From: a virus
Virus record (IMG/VR): IMGVR_UViG_3300045988_120248
Location: 1-64,000 of that record
Length of the DNA: 64,000 nucleotides
Reading direction: 5' to 3' (one strand)
The notes under the pieces were generated by a model. That model ran no database searches. It was not told where the DNA came from and worked only from the letters and a program-made list of their open reading frames with translations. Both the position numbers and the translations under genes were made by a program. How positions within the stretch are numbered: the first letter of the stretch is position 1; each line of letters opens with the position of its first letter. Shown here one piece after another: positions 24,157 to 31,891 of the stretch.

Positions 24157-24217
24157 ATCGAGTATAGGGCTGCAAATCACGCTGATTGATTTCAAATCAT
24201 AACAGCATAATGTTGCT

Positions 24218-24247
24218 TGAGGGTGCCTATTGCACCCTCATTTTTTT
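24218..24247 (+). terminator. intrinsic terminator TGAGGGTGC-ctatt-GCACCCTCA + T7
   Basis: Read directly; lies after 21655..24156. Confidence 0.8.
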
Positions 24248-24258
24248 GTGCCTCTAAA

Positions 24259-24293
24259 GGTTGACATAAAAAATGGGCAAAAAACATTTGCGG
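24259..24293 (+). promoter_or_regulatory. operon-leader element, copy B (GGTTGACATAAAAAATGGGCAAAAAACATTTGCGG)
   Basis: Near-identical to 14821-14857. It ends 35 nt before the start at 24328 and contains TTGACA. Confidence 0.5.
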
Positions 24294-24327
24294 CCCCGAC
24301 TAAAATTAGAATTAGGAGGGCGGAGCG

Positions 24328-24516
24328 ATGAACGATAAAGCAAGCAAAGTCCGGATGCGGTACACCGGAAAGACCGGATATCACGGGTTAAAGCACTGGA
24401 AGGTCTATGAAATCAGCATTGTCAGCATGTATGGGAAACTCTGGGTAGAGGTTGGAAGTGAAGCTATTGCCTATGTTTCGCTTGCAATGCTCTGCCGCAA
24501 CTGGGTGGACGTTTAG
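24328..24516 (+). CDS. hypothetical protein (62 aa)
   Basis: ORF track; RBS AGGAGGG. Confidence 0.55.
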   Translation: MNDKASKVRMRYTGKTGYHGLKHWKVYEISIVSMYGKLWVEVGSEAIAYVSLAMLCRNWVDV

Positions 24517-24529
24517 AAAGGGGAATGTT

Positions 24530-24751
24530 ATGAACGACTGCGAGAGAATCGTTGCGTATTGTAGGGAACACGGTTCCATCACGCAGATGGAGGCAACCAG
24601 AGAACTGGGCAACACGCGACTTGGAGCACGCATTTGGGACTTGAAAAACAAATTCGGCTATGAGGTTGAAGATATATGGGAAACGGCCACAGACCGTTTT
24701 GGAGACCCAACACGATACAAGCGTTACTTCGTCAAGGATAAGACACAATGA
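24530..24751 (+). CDS. winged-HTH DNA-binding protein (73 aa)
   Basis: ..HGSITQMEATRELGNTRLGARIWDLKNKFGYEV.. is a pattern typical of small phage wHTH proteins. Confidence 0.55.
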   Translation: MNDCERIVAYCREHGSITQMEATRELGNTRLGARIWDLKNKFGYEVEDIWETATDRFGDPTRYKRYFVKDKTQ

Positions 24752-24909
24752 GCGATACATGCAAAGGATGCAAGTGGTGGGAGCCTTTTAACTGGGTATG
24801 CTGCAACGGAGACAGCCAGCATTGTGCGGATTTCGTCAACTGTGGATGCAAATATTTTGAACGAGAGGACGATAAGAAATGTCAGAACGAAAAGGAACAA
24901 CGCCATTAA
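24748..24909 (+). CDS. small Cys-rich protein (53 aa; below the track cutoff)
   Basis: Own translation: MSDTCKGCKWWEPFNWVCCNGDSQHCADFVNCGCKYFEREDDKKCQNEKEQRH. Paralog of the next gene. Confidence 0.45.
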   Translation: MSDTCKGCKWWEPFNWVCCNGDSQHCADFVNCGCKYFEREDDKKCQNEKEQRH

Positions 24910-25061
24910 CTGCACGCGAGGAACCCACCACGCCGCAGAAAACGTGCATGGGCTGTGATGCGTGGGACAAGTTTACCTGTTTCAACGCAGCAAGCCAGTT
25001 TTTCGGCGGAGCAGTTGATTGCGGATGCCAATATTTCAAAACGGAGGTCGTGAAGAAATGA
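24879..25061 (+). CDS. small Cys-rich protein (60 aa)
   Basis: ..CMGCDAWDKFTCFN...VDCGCQYF.. RBS GAGAGGA. Confidence 0.5.
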   Translation: MSERKGTTPLTAREEPTTPQKTCMGCDAWDKFTCFNAASQFFGGAVDCGCQYFKTEVVKK

Positions 25062-25546
25062 CGCAGAAAGAATTTGTACTGAGAAAGGAACCGGGCGCGG
25101 AAAACAAAGACTGCTTTGGCGGAATGCGTTATTGCCCACACGCATATAGAGATATTCTTCCTATCCCGCTTGACCTGTGTAATGCAAATACAGCAAGTGC
25201 AGAACTCTGTGAGAAATGCTGGAATCAGGAAATGAAGATTCCAACACCGGCAGAAAAGCCGATGGCGCAGGTCAACGAATTCATGAATCAGGATGTAGAT
25301 GATAGAACGGCCGAAAACGCCGTTGAGCATCCGACGCATTATTGTCAAGGCTCCATTGAGTGTATCGATGCGCTGAATGCGATGGTCGAAGGGTGGTTCG
25401 ACCCAGTGGCAGCGGTATTGGCGTGGCAAACAGTCAAGTACATCTGGCGACATCCGTTCAAGGGCAAGCCGGTGGAAGACCTCAAGAAAGCACAGTTCTA
25501 CCTTGAGCGGTTGGTACAGAAGTATGAGCGTAAGAAGAAAGACTGA
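25058..25546 (+). CDS. DUF3310-domain protein (162 aa)
   Basis: C-terminus ..HPTHYCQGSIECIDALNAMV..AWQTVKYIWRHPFKGKPVEDLKKAQFYLERL is DUF3310-like. Confidence 0.6.
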   Translation: MTQKEFVLRKEPGAENKDCFGGMRYCPHAYRDILPIPLDLCNANTASAELCEKCWNQEMKIPTPAEKPMAQVNEFMNQDVDDRTAENAVEHPTHYCQGSIECIDALNAMVEGWFDPVAAVLAWQTVKYIWRHPFKGKPVEDLKKAQFYLERLVQKYERKKKD

Positions 25547-25937
25547 CCGTCGGTTGACGATCATCCGCCCATGCGGAACATGCGGCCAGATGGTAGTTAC
25601 GAGCGCAGGTTCCCCGTTTATGAGAATGATCGAACGAGATGGCAAGAAAGAAGCAGTTACTTACTATTGCTGCCAAAGCTGCTACAAAGAAAGCTACAGA
25701 CACATTGGATGGTACGACGGAAAAGCTGATGAACGCCGCGCGGAACGTGAAAGAAATCGGGACAGACGCGAATATAATCGTCGTTATTATGCAGAACACG
25801 CAGAAGAAATCAAAGCCAAGAGACGAGCATACTACGCAGCGAATCCGGGTCTGGCCGCTCAAAACAGCCGATATCACAAAGCGAAGCAGAAATTGATTGC
25901 TGCAGAAGCCAAAGAAGCAGGAGGACAATTAGCGTGA
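25524..25937 (+). CDS. hypothetical Zn-ribbon / basic coiled-coil protein (137 aa)
   Basis: ORF 25377..25937, with the start moved to MSVRRK. Confidence 0.5.
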   Translation: MSVRRKTDRRLTIIRPCGTCGQMVVTSAGSPFMRMIERDGKKEAVTYYCCQSCYKESYRHIGWYDGKADERRAERERNRDRREYNRRYYAEHAEEIKAKRRAYYAANPGLAAQNSRYHKAKQKLIAAEAKEAGGQLA

Positions 25938-26620
25938 GAAAATTTATTTTCTGTGTATGCGTGATTCTCGTTCTAACGTCAGTTACACTGCTTATTTTTC
26001 AGAGCGGCATTGAACAAGCACTTGCCAATCAGGCAGCATCCAAGGTTGGCACTGCAACGAACACAGAAATCCGAGAATCGCTGAATGAAATGAAATGCCA
26101 AGACAACACAGAGGAAACGATTCACGAATCAGCACTAGAGCTGGATTATGAAGAACGAAACGGTGATGAAGACTTCGACAGTTCGCAGTTCTGTCATCCA
26201 CCCCATACCAAAGACGGCATTGGAGGTGCAGGCGGATTTATCGTTGATGACCCGCAATGTCTTGAACTGCTTGCACGGGCAATTTACGCCGAGGCCGGCG
26301 GAGACGATTGCAGCGACGAAACCCGCATCATGGTCGGAAATGTCATCCTCAATCGGATGCGATGCGAATGGTATCCAGACACGATGGAGGCGGTGTTGAC
26401 TCAGAAAAGACAATACAACACGTTCTACTGGACTGGCGTTATTTGGAATGAACGTGCGTCGAATCCAAGCGAAAAAGAAGCAGTAGAACGGGCGTACAAA
26501 TGCGCGGAACGCGTACTGCTCGGAGAACGGCTACTCCCAGAAGATGTGGTGTTTCAGTCAGAGTACATTCAAGGGACAGAAATCGTAGCATATCAGGACG
26601 GGATATACTTTTGCCGATAG
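25934..26620 (+). CDS. cell-wall hydrolase, SleB/CwlJ (Hydrolase_2) family, with N-terminal TM anchor
   Basis: ..LLARAIYAEAGGDDCSDETRIMVGNVILNRM..MEAVLTQKRQYNTF.. GTG start behind AGGAGGA. Confidence 0.7.
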   Translation: MRKFIFCVCVILVLTSVTLLIFQSGIEQALANQAASKVGTATNTEIRESLNEMKCQDNTEETIHESALELDYEERNGDEDFDSSQFCHPPHTKDGIGGAGGFIVDDPQCLELLARAIYAEAGGDDCSDETRIMVGNVILNRMRCEWYPDTMEAVLTQKRQYNTFYWTGVIWNERASNPSEKEAVERAYKCAERVLLGERLLPEDVVFQSEYIQGTEIVAYQDGIYFCR

Positions 26621-26634
26621 GAGGGCGTAGAAAT

Positions 26635-26844
26635 ATGACCGCAGTCATTCAAGCACCGTGTAAAGGGTGTGAAAAACGCGAAATTGGATGTCATGGATGG
26701 TGCAAAGCATATTTGGCCTATCAGGACGAAAACAACATGTACAAGGCAATGAGCGCAAACAACAGAAAGTCGCTGTCCCCAACAAAGTCATTCACAAAGA
26801 GACAGCGTGAGCTTATCCGAAAGGGGATGAAATGCGTCAGATGA
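26635..26844 (+). CDS. hypothetical Cys-rich protein (69 aa)
   Basis: Start MTAVIQAPCKGC behind AGGAGGG. Confidence 0.5.
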   Translation: MTAVIQAPCKGCEKREIGCHGWCKAYLAYQDENNMYKAMSANNRKSLSPTKSFTKRQRELIRKGMKCVR

Positions 26845-27041
26845 ACGGAAAAACATACTTGCTTTTTGCGATGCTTTCCGCAATCGCAAGCATCGCAGGC
26901 GGAACACTGTTCATTCAACTTTCGCGCTTTGGGCAGACAACAAAGGAGCGCTTTGGAAACATCCTGATTGGCGTGTGTGCGGTTCTTGTGGGAACTGTGC
27001 CTTGCATACTTACCGCTCTTGAAACGTTTAGAACGGCCTAG
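26832..27041 (+). CDS. two-TM small membrane protein (69 aa)
   Basis: Hydrophobic segments LLFAMLSAIASIAGGTLFI and ILIGVCAVLVGTVPCILTAL. Confidence 0.5.
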   Translation: MRQMNGKTYLLFAMLSAIASIAGGTLFIQLSRFGQTTKERFGNILIGVCAVLVGTVPCILTALETFRTA

Positions 27042-27150
27042 AACGCGACCAAACGTGCGAACGCGAAAACACTCACGGGAAACACACAAACGGCGTGTGC
27101 GGCCTCCAACGGCGCGACGCACATATCTAAACGAAACTGGAGGATGAGAA

Positions 27151-27582
27151 ATGTTAAACAGAATCACTGTGCAAGGAAGAATCGTAAAGAAGCCAGAAAT
27201 GCGTGTGACACAGAGTGGAAAGTCTGTGGCAAGCTTCACACTCGCCGTCGAGCGAGACTATGCGGTTCAAGGCCAAGAGCGTGAAACGGACTTCCTCGAT
27301 GTGAACGCATGGAATCAGACAGCAGAGTTTGTCGGGAAGTATCTCGACAAGGGCAGCATGGCTTTGATTGATGGCAAACTCCAGATCCGTAATTGGACGG
27401 ACAAAGAGGGCAATAAGCGCCGCAACGCAGAAATTGTAGCTGAACGGGTCTACTTCTGCGGAAGTAAGCCGACAGCCGGAACGTCGAAATCTAGCGGAGC
27501 TGCACCTGCGCCGGCACCAGTAACTGATGTTCCAGAAGGGTTCACAATGCTGGACGAAAACTCGGACGATCTTCCGTTTTGA
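27151..27582 (+). CDS. ssb: single-stranded DNA-binding protein
   Basis: MLNRITVQGRIVKKPEMR.. OB-fold N-terminus with an acidic tail ending DDLPF. Confidence 0.85.
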   Translation: MLNRITVQGRIVKKPEMRVTQSGKSVASFTLAVERDYAVQGQERETDFLDVNAWNQTAEFVGKYLDKGSMALIDGKLQIRNWTDKEGNKRRNAEIVAERVYFCGSKPTAGTSKSSGAAPAPAPVTDVPEGFTMLDENSDDLPF

Positions 27583-27596
27583 TTGGAGGTGAGAAC

Positions 27597-27794
27597 ATGG
27601 AATTGAAATTTGAAGTGCGCCTTTTTGTGGGCGATACATTGACGAAAATCAGTGATTCCACTACTCCATTGGTTGACCTCGGAGTCCTCACAGACGAAGA
27701 ATACTGGACAATCATGGATATTGCTGCACGAAATGGCTATTGGGTGCTTACAAAGCCAGTAGTTGTTGCGCCGGAGGTTCAAACCTATGGATAA
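27597..27794 (+). CDS. hypothetical protein (65 aa)
   Basis: Start behind GGAGGTG. Confidence 0.5.
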   Translation: MELKFEVRLFVGDTLTKISDSTTPLVDLGVLTDEEYWTIMDIAARNGYWVLTKPVVVAPEVQTYG

Positions 27795-28668
27795 CGTTCA
27801 ATGGATTAAGCTCAAAGTCGGAATGTTTGACGGTGAGAGTTTCAAAAAAATCAAGAAAGCAAAAATCGGCGGCGAGAGTTTCCGCGATAAACTGACGGCT
27901 GTGTGGTTTGAGTTGCTGGACTTCGCCGGCAAATGCAATCACTCCGGATTCCTCATAAATTCAAGGGAAATTCCGTTTCAGTCAATCAGCGATATAGCGG
28001 TCATGATTGATCGAACACCAGAAGAATTAGATCTCTGTATGAAGTTCTTCATCAATGAGGGCATGGTTGAAATCATTGACGATATCTACCTCCTGTCGAA
28101 TTGGATGATGTACCAAAACGAAGCTGGGCTCGAAAAAATCAGAGAGCAAACAAGGCTTCGGGTAGAAAAACACAGAAAAAAGAAGGCTTTGACTGAAGGA
28201 AAGGGTGAGGAAGAATGTAACGTTACAAGTAACGTTACCACTGCGTTACAAAATCGTTACCCTCTTATTCTTAATTCTAGTTCTAATTCTAGTATTAAGA
28301 AAAAAGAAGGAAAAGGGGGTACGGGGGAAAAGGGAGGAAAATCGCAGCCGGTTTCCGATGAGATCAGCGCTGCTATGTCTAATCTTCCTTCGATGGTTCA
28401 AACTCAAATGCAGGAATGGCTTGAATACAAAACCGAGCGAAAAGAATTCTATACCCCGCGTGGTTTGCAGTCTTTGATGACGGTTGTGAAAAAGAGAGTT
28501 GACCAATACGGAGCGCAGGCGGTCATTGACGTGATTGAGCGAACCATGGCATCAAATTATCGTGGGGTAGTGTGGGAATGGCTTGAAAGAAAACCGCAGT
28601 CGGCAAAACAGTCTCTACGAGATAATGCGCCACTCGACTACGGTTCACCGGAGGACTTCTACAAATGA
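27787..28668 (+). CDS. phage replisome organizer / DnaD-like replication initiator (293 aa)
   Basis: N-terminus MDNVQWIKLKVGMFDGESFKKIKK... is typical of the phage replisome-organizer N-domain. A low-complexity linker carries the iterons. A DnaC-like gene follows. Confidence 0.65.
   Translation: MDNVQWIKLKVGMFDGESFKKIKKAKIGGESFRDKLTAVWFELLDFAGKCNHSGFLINSREIPFQSISDIAVMIDRTPEELDLCMKFFINEGMVEIIDDIYLLSNWMMYQNEAGLEKIREQTRLRVEKHRKKKALTEGKGEEECNVTSNVTTALQNRYPLILNSSSNSSIKKKEGKGGTGEKGGKSQPVSDEISAAMSNLPSMVQTQMQEWLEYKTERKEFYTPRGLQSLMTVVKKRVDQYGAQAVIDVIERTMASNYRGVVWEWLERKPQSAKQSLRDNAPLDYGSPEDFYK
28221..28297 (+). other. putative origin of replication: four CGTTAC iterons at 11-12 bp phasing + AT-rich direct repeats
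   Basis: CGTTAC at 28221, 28233, 28244 and 28255, followed by AATTCTAGT-TCT-AATTCTAGT. It lies inside the organizer gene linker. Confidence 0.5.
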
Positions 28669-29588
28669 CACTCAGCATGGAAGAATTGATGGAACTCCGC
28701 GCGAAAAAGCAGGCGGAAGCAAATATACCGCCCGCTAAAGACAAAACTGGATTCTCAAACGTGATGCGGTCAGTAGCGAGGAAGGTTCCGATTGATGTAA
28801 AAGACACGCAGGTGGGCGAAGACGGGCTTCTCCACTGTACGAAGTGCAACGGACTTAGGCAAAGTAAGGTGAAACTTCCAGATGGGGAGATAGAAACCGT
28901 CCCATGCGTGTGCAAATGTATGCGGGATGCCTTCGACGCTTCCGAAGCCGAAAAACGTGCACGAGAGGAAACAATGCGAATCGACAGCTTACGAACGTTG
29001 GCTTTCCCAGACTCGGACTGTAATATGCTCCAATGCACGTTCGACAAAGATGACGGCGCACGGCCGGACGTTACTGCCGGCATGAAAAACTATTGTGAGA
29101 ATTTCCCTTATCTCCGAAGATTGGGAAAAGGAATTCTTCTCTATGGAACGGTCGGAACAGGAAAGAGTTTCTTCGCCGCCTGCATCGTGAATGACCTTGT
29201 ATCAAAAGGATATCGCTGCATGATGACGACCTTTCCACGGCTTACAAACCAAATCAGCGCATTGTGGGATGGAAAGCAGGAATTCATCGACGACTTAACC
29301 AGATATGACCTCATCGCAATCGATGACCTTGGCATCGAGCGTGATACAGAGTACATGAATGAGCATATCACGATGATCGTTGATGCGCTTTACCGGGCGA
29401 AGGTGCCGCTGGTCATCACCAGCAATTACACTCCAAAACAGATGAAGGGCGAAAGCGAAATCCGCCGTCAGCGCATTTACGACCGGCTGATTGAGCAATG
29501 TCATCCAGTAGAAATGTCTGGGGAAAGCCGAAGGGTAATAAAGGGACGCAAAGACTACCTTGAAATGAAAAATCTTCTGGGGGTGTGA
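28665..29588 (+). CDS. DnaC/IstB-like AAA+ helicase loader
   Basis: Walker A: LYGTVGTGKSF. Walker B: DLIAIDDLGIE. Confidence 0.75.
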   Translation: MTLSMEELMELRAKKQAEANIPPAKDKTGFSNVMRSVARKVPIDVKDTQVGEDGLLHCTKCNGLRQSKVKLPDGEIETVPCVCKCMRDAFDASEAEKRAREETMRIDSLRTLAFPDSDCNMLQCTFDKDDGARPDVTAGMKNYCENFPYLRRLGKGILLYGTVGTGKSFFAACIVNDLVSKGYRCMMTTFPRLTNQISALWDGKQEFIDDLTRYDLIAIDDLGIERDTEYMNEHITMIVDALYRAKVPLVITSNYTPKQMKGESEIRRQRIYDRLIEQCHPVEMSGESRRVIKGRKDYLEMKNLLGV

Positions 29589-29591
29589 AAA

Positions 29592-29837
29592 ATGTTTGAA
29601 GATGCACAGCAGGAAACTGCAACCGGAATGTGTGCATGGTGTGGCGCTGAGATCTACGAAGATGACGAAATCTGGTACGACGGATTTTCAACGTACATCC
29701 ACGATGAGTGCGTTGAAAAGATCGAGTCTATGCCAGACGAAGCGCCGATAGCTGCGTTTATCCGGGAAGATTACCGGCAAACGACCATGCGGAAGATCAT
29801 AGATGACCGCTGGGCGAGGGAAGATCATGAAGTTTGA
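29592..29837 (+). CDS. hypothetical protein (81 aa)
   Basis: ORF track; RBS present. Confidence 0.55.
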   Translation: MFEDAQQETATGMCAWCGAEIYEDDEIWYDGFSTYIHDECVEKIESMPDEAPIAAFIREDYRQTTMRKIIDDRWAREDHEV

Positions 29838-30024
29838 AATTGTAAGGGCGCTGGACGGGAAAGGCATGATGGAGACGAATTATGAGTCCTGCATCCCATC
29901 TGATGAAACAATCCGCAGCATGATAAAAGCTGGCTACAAGGCATACAAAGACGGTCGGGTTTATAAACCGAAAGAAGGAGGAAAAAATGGTACAGTTAGG
30001 ACAAACGGTAAAAAAGGTCGTTAG
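29827..30024 (+). CDS. hypothetical protein (65 aa)
   Basis: Start MKFEIV behind GAGGGAAG. Confidence 0.5.
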   Translation: MKFEIVRALDGKGMMETNYESCIPSDETIRSMIKAGYKAYKDGRVYKPKEGGKNGTVRTNGKKGR

Positions 30025-30181
30025 CTTTGCCCCAGAACGAAATATAAATCAGTTCAACAGTGAAAAGAAGACGCTCTACGGAAAGGTCATTTTTGTTCAT
30101 CCAAAGAGAAGATTCTACACCGTGGAATTCTCACTCTGGAATGGGAGTAAAATCCGCTCATGCTATACGGAGGGATTGTAA
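29987..30181 (+). CDS. hypothetical protein (64 aa)
   Basis: RBS GAAGGAGG. Confidence 0.5.
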   Translation: MVQLGQTVKKVVSFAPERNINQFNSEKKTLYGKVIFVHPKRRFYTVEFSLWNGSKIRSCYTEGL

Positions 30182-30519
30182 TGGGAAACGGACTCACATA
30201 CGCGCAGAAACTTGCGATTGCAAGGCAAACTGAACTGACCATTGGTGTTGACACCGGTTTTCAAAAGGCGGCAGACTTCTTTTCTATCGCGCTTTACGAA
30301 GAAGGGTTCGGAGAACAACGGCAAGAAAAAATCGCCCGTCGCGTCATGGAACTTGACCAAGAGTATGGGGATGCGTGGACTGGATGCGTGGAAGCAGATT
30401 ACAAGCAGGAACAGATAGACCGTATCTTGAAAAAGGCATACGGAAAGAATTTCACCCCGTTCTTTGAACGGAATCCGTATATAAAGAAATTCAACTATGC
30501 AGGGAAAGGAAAACGTTAA
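30181..30519 (+). CDS. hypothetical protein (112 aa)
   Basis: TAATG coupling; ORF 30160..30519 trimmed. Confidence 0.55.
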   Translation: MGNGLTYAQKLAIARQTELTIGVDTGFQKAADFFSIALYEEGFGEQRQEKIARRVMELDQEYGDAWTGCVEADYKQEQIDRILKKAYGKNFTPFFERNPYIKKFNYAGKGKR

Positions 30520-31127
30520 TGCAAAAAGACAAAATAACAGTGGTCGAAACGGCAATGAAACAAATTGATGCAGAAGCAAACCAAAATGGGACTGGATGCG
30601 CGTACTGGAGAGGATTCTTGCAAGGCGCGCTCATGCAGCAATACGAAGACATGCACGGTATTCAAGAACAGCTTGCGGCGAAATTCCTTGAAACCGCAAA
30701 ATTTGAGGACAATCGTGTGCGCTATGTGAAAGAATCGGGGGCAAAGACACCGACGTATGCGCATCAGGACGATGCTGGCATGGATTTATACGCGTCGAAA
30801 GGGAACTACATTCCGGCCGGCGGAAGATGTACATTCCATACCGGCATCCATATCGAAATTCCAAAGGGCTACTTCGGTGCAATCAGAGCTAAAAGCGGTC
30901 TGCTTCGGAATCATGGAATTATCTGCTCTGGAACAATCGACGTGGGATATACCGGCGAAATCATGGTAACGCTCGTGAACACAAGCGACGAGATTTACTG
31001 CGTTTCAGAAGGGGACAAGATTGCGCAGCTGATTGTCATTCCATATGAACGCGTTGAATTGGTAGAGGTCGAGTCGCTTGAAAAGACTGAACGCGGGGAC
31101 AACGGCTTCGGGAGCAGTGGAAAATGA
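30519..31127 (+). CDS. dut: dUTP diphosphatase (trimeric dUTPase) with N-terminal extension
   Basis: Motifs DDAGMDLY, RAKSGL, GTIDVGYTGEI, GDKIAQLIV and RGDNGFGSSG. Confidence 0.85.
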   Translation: MQKDKITVVETAMKQIDAEANQNGTGCAYWRGFLQGALMQQYEDMHGIQEQLAAKFLETAKFEDNRVRYVKESGAKTPTYAHQDDAGMDLYASKGNYIPAGGRCTFHTGIHIEIPKGYFGAIRAKSGLLRNHGIICSGTIDVGYTGEIMVTLVNTSDEIYCVSEGDKIAQLIVIPYERVELVEVESLEKTERGDNGFGSSGK

Positions 31128-31420
31128 CGCTGGAGGAAAAGGAAAAATTCTTCAAGAAAATATGGAAATGGCTTAATGACAGCGGCATGATCGACGAGTG
31201 GCTACCAACTCCTGAACCAAGAATTGACCCGGAATTTGCAGATTTCAAAAGCATCGAATTTGAAAATCATGCCATTTATAATGGCAAGCCAAAGATTCGC
31301 ATACCGTCTATCGACCAGTCCGGAGTGACGGGCGGATACGGAAAACCGACACAAATTATCTCCGATGGCGAATGGTCTCTAATTTGCGCGCTTCGCGGAG
31401 GGAAATCGAATGGGCGGTAG
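31124..31420 (+). CDS. hypothetical protein (98 aa)
   Basis: ORF track. Confidence 0.55.
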   Translation: MTLEEKEKFFKKIWKWLNDSGMIDEWLPTPEPRIDPEFADFKSIEFENHAIYNGKPKIRIPSIDQSGVTGGYGKPTQIISDGEWSLICALRGGKSNGR

Positions 31421-31625
31421 CTACATTCAGCGAGTAACGGAATTCCTTGAGAGCTACTTCGAGATTCCAGATTTCTACTACCAAGACGGGAAACGAGTAG
31501 TCCGGACGGAAGCTGTCCAAGATTTATTGCGGCAACTCGTGGCGATGGGTGTTTTTCAGAACGAAGAAGATGTTCGGAAAGAGGCGCTGATGGACTTCGA
31601 TGTGGTGCTTCCGCCTACAGAATAA
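31410..31625 (+). CDS. hypothetical protein (71 aa)
   Basis: RBS GGAGGGAAA. Confidence 0.55.
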   Translation: MGGSYIQRVTEFLESYFEIPDFYYQDGKRVVRTEAVQDLLRQLVAMGVFQNEEDVRKEALMDFDVVLPPTE

Positions 31626-31630
31626 GCGAA

Positions 31631-31657
31631 TGGGACTGCGGATGCAGCCCCATTTTT
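31631..31657 (+). terminator. hairpin GGGACTGC/GCAGCCCC + T5
   Basis: Ends the 14.9-31.6 kb plus-strand gene block. Confidence 0.55.
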
Positions 31658-31665
31658 GTGCTCAA

Positions 31666-31692
31666 TTTCGTGCCGATTTTCGTGCCGATTTT
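31666..31692. repeat. tandem direct repeat TTCGTGCCGATTT x2
   Basis: Read directly; next to the att region. Confidence 0.7.
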
Positions 31693-31780
31693 GAGGCAAA
31701 AAACGCTTACAGAACTAAAAAATCAATGCAAGTAAATGAAAAACTGCTTGCAAGGGAAAAGACCGCAAACCGTTGGCACA

Positions 31781-31816
31781 CAAAGAAAAACCCGTAATCA
31801 TTGAAGATTACGGGTT
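31781..31816 (-). terminator. terminator AACCCGTAATC-loop-GATTACGGGTT + T-run, directly after the tRNA 3' end (minus strand)
   Basis: 11-bp perfect stem at 31789-31816, with a T-run on the minus strand. Confidence 0.7.
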
Positions 31817-31823
31817 CCCTTAT

Positions 31824-31866
31824 TGGTCGGAGTGTCGGGATTCGAACCCCCTACCAGTACGGCAAA
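31824..31866 (-). other. 3' fragment of a tRNA gene (T-loop, acceptor 3' strand, CCA) = putative att site
   Basis: The minus strand reads ..GGGGGTTCGAATCCCGACACTCCGACCA. No 5' acceptor strand, D arm or anticodon arm lies before the integrase stop at 31892. Confidence 0.65.
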
Positions 31867-31891
31867 TCATTATATATATATGAGAAAAATT

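Noticed and set aside
24836-25645. 269-aa minus ORF
   Set aside because: It is antisense to the DUF3310 and neighbouring plus-strand genes.
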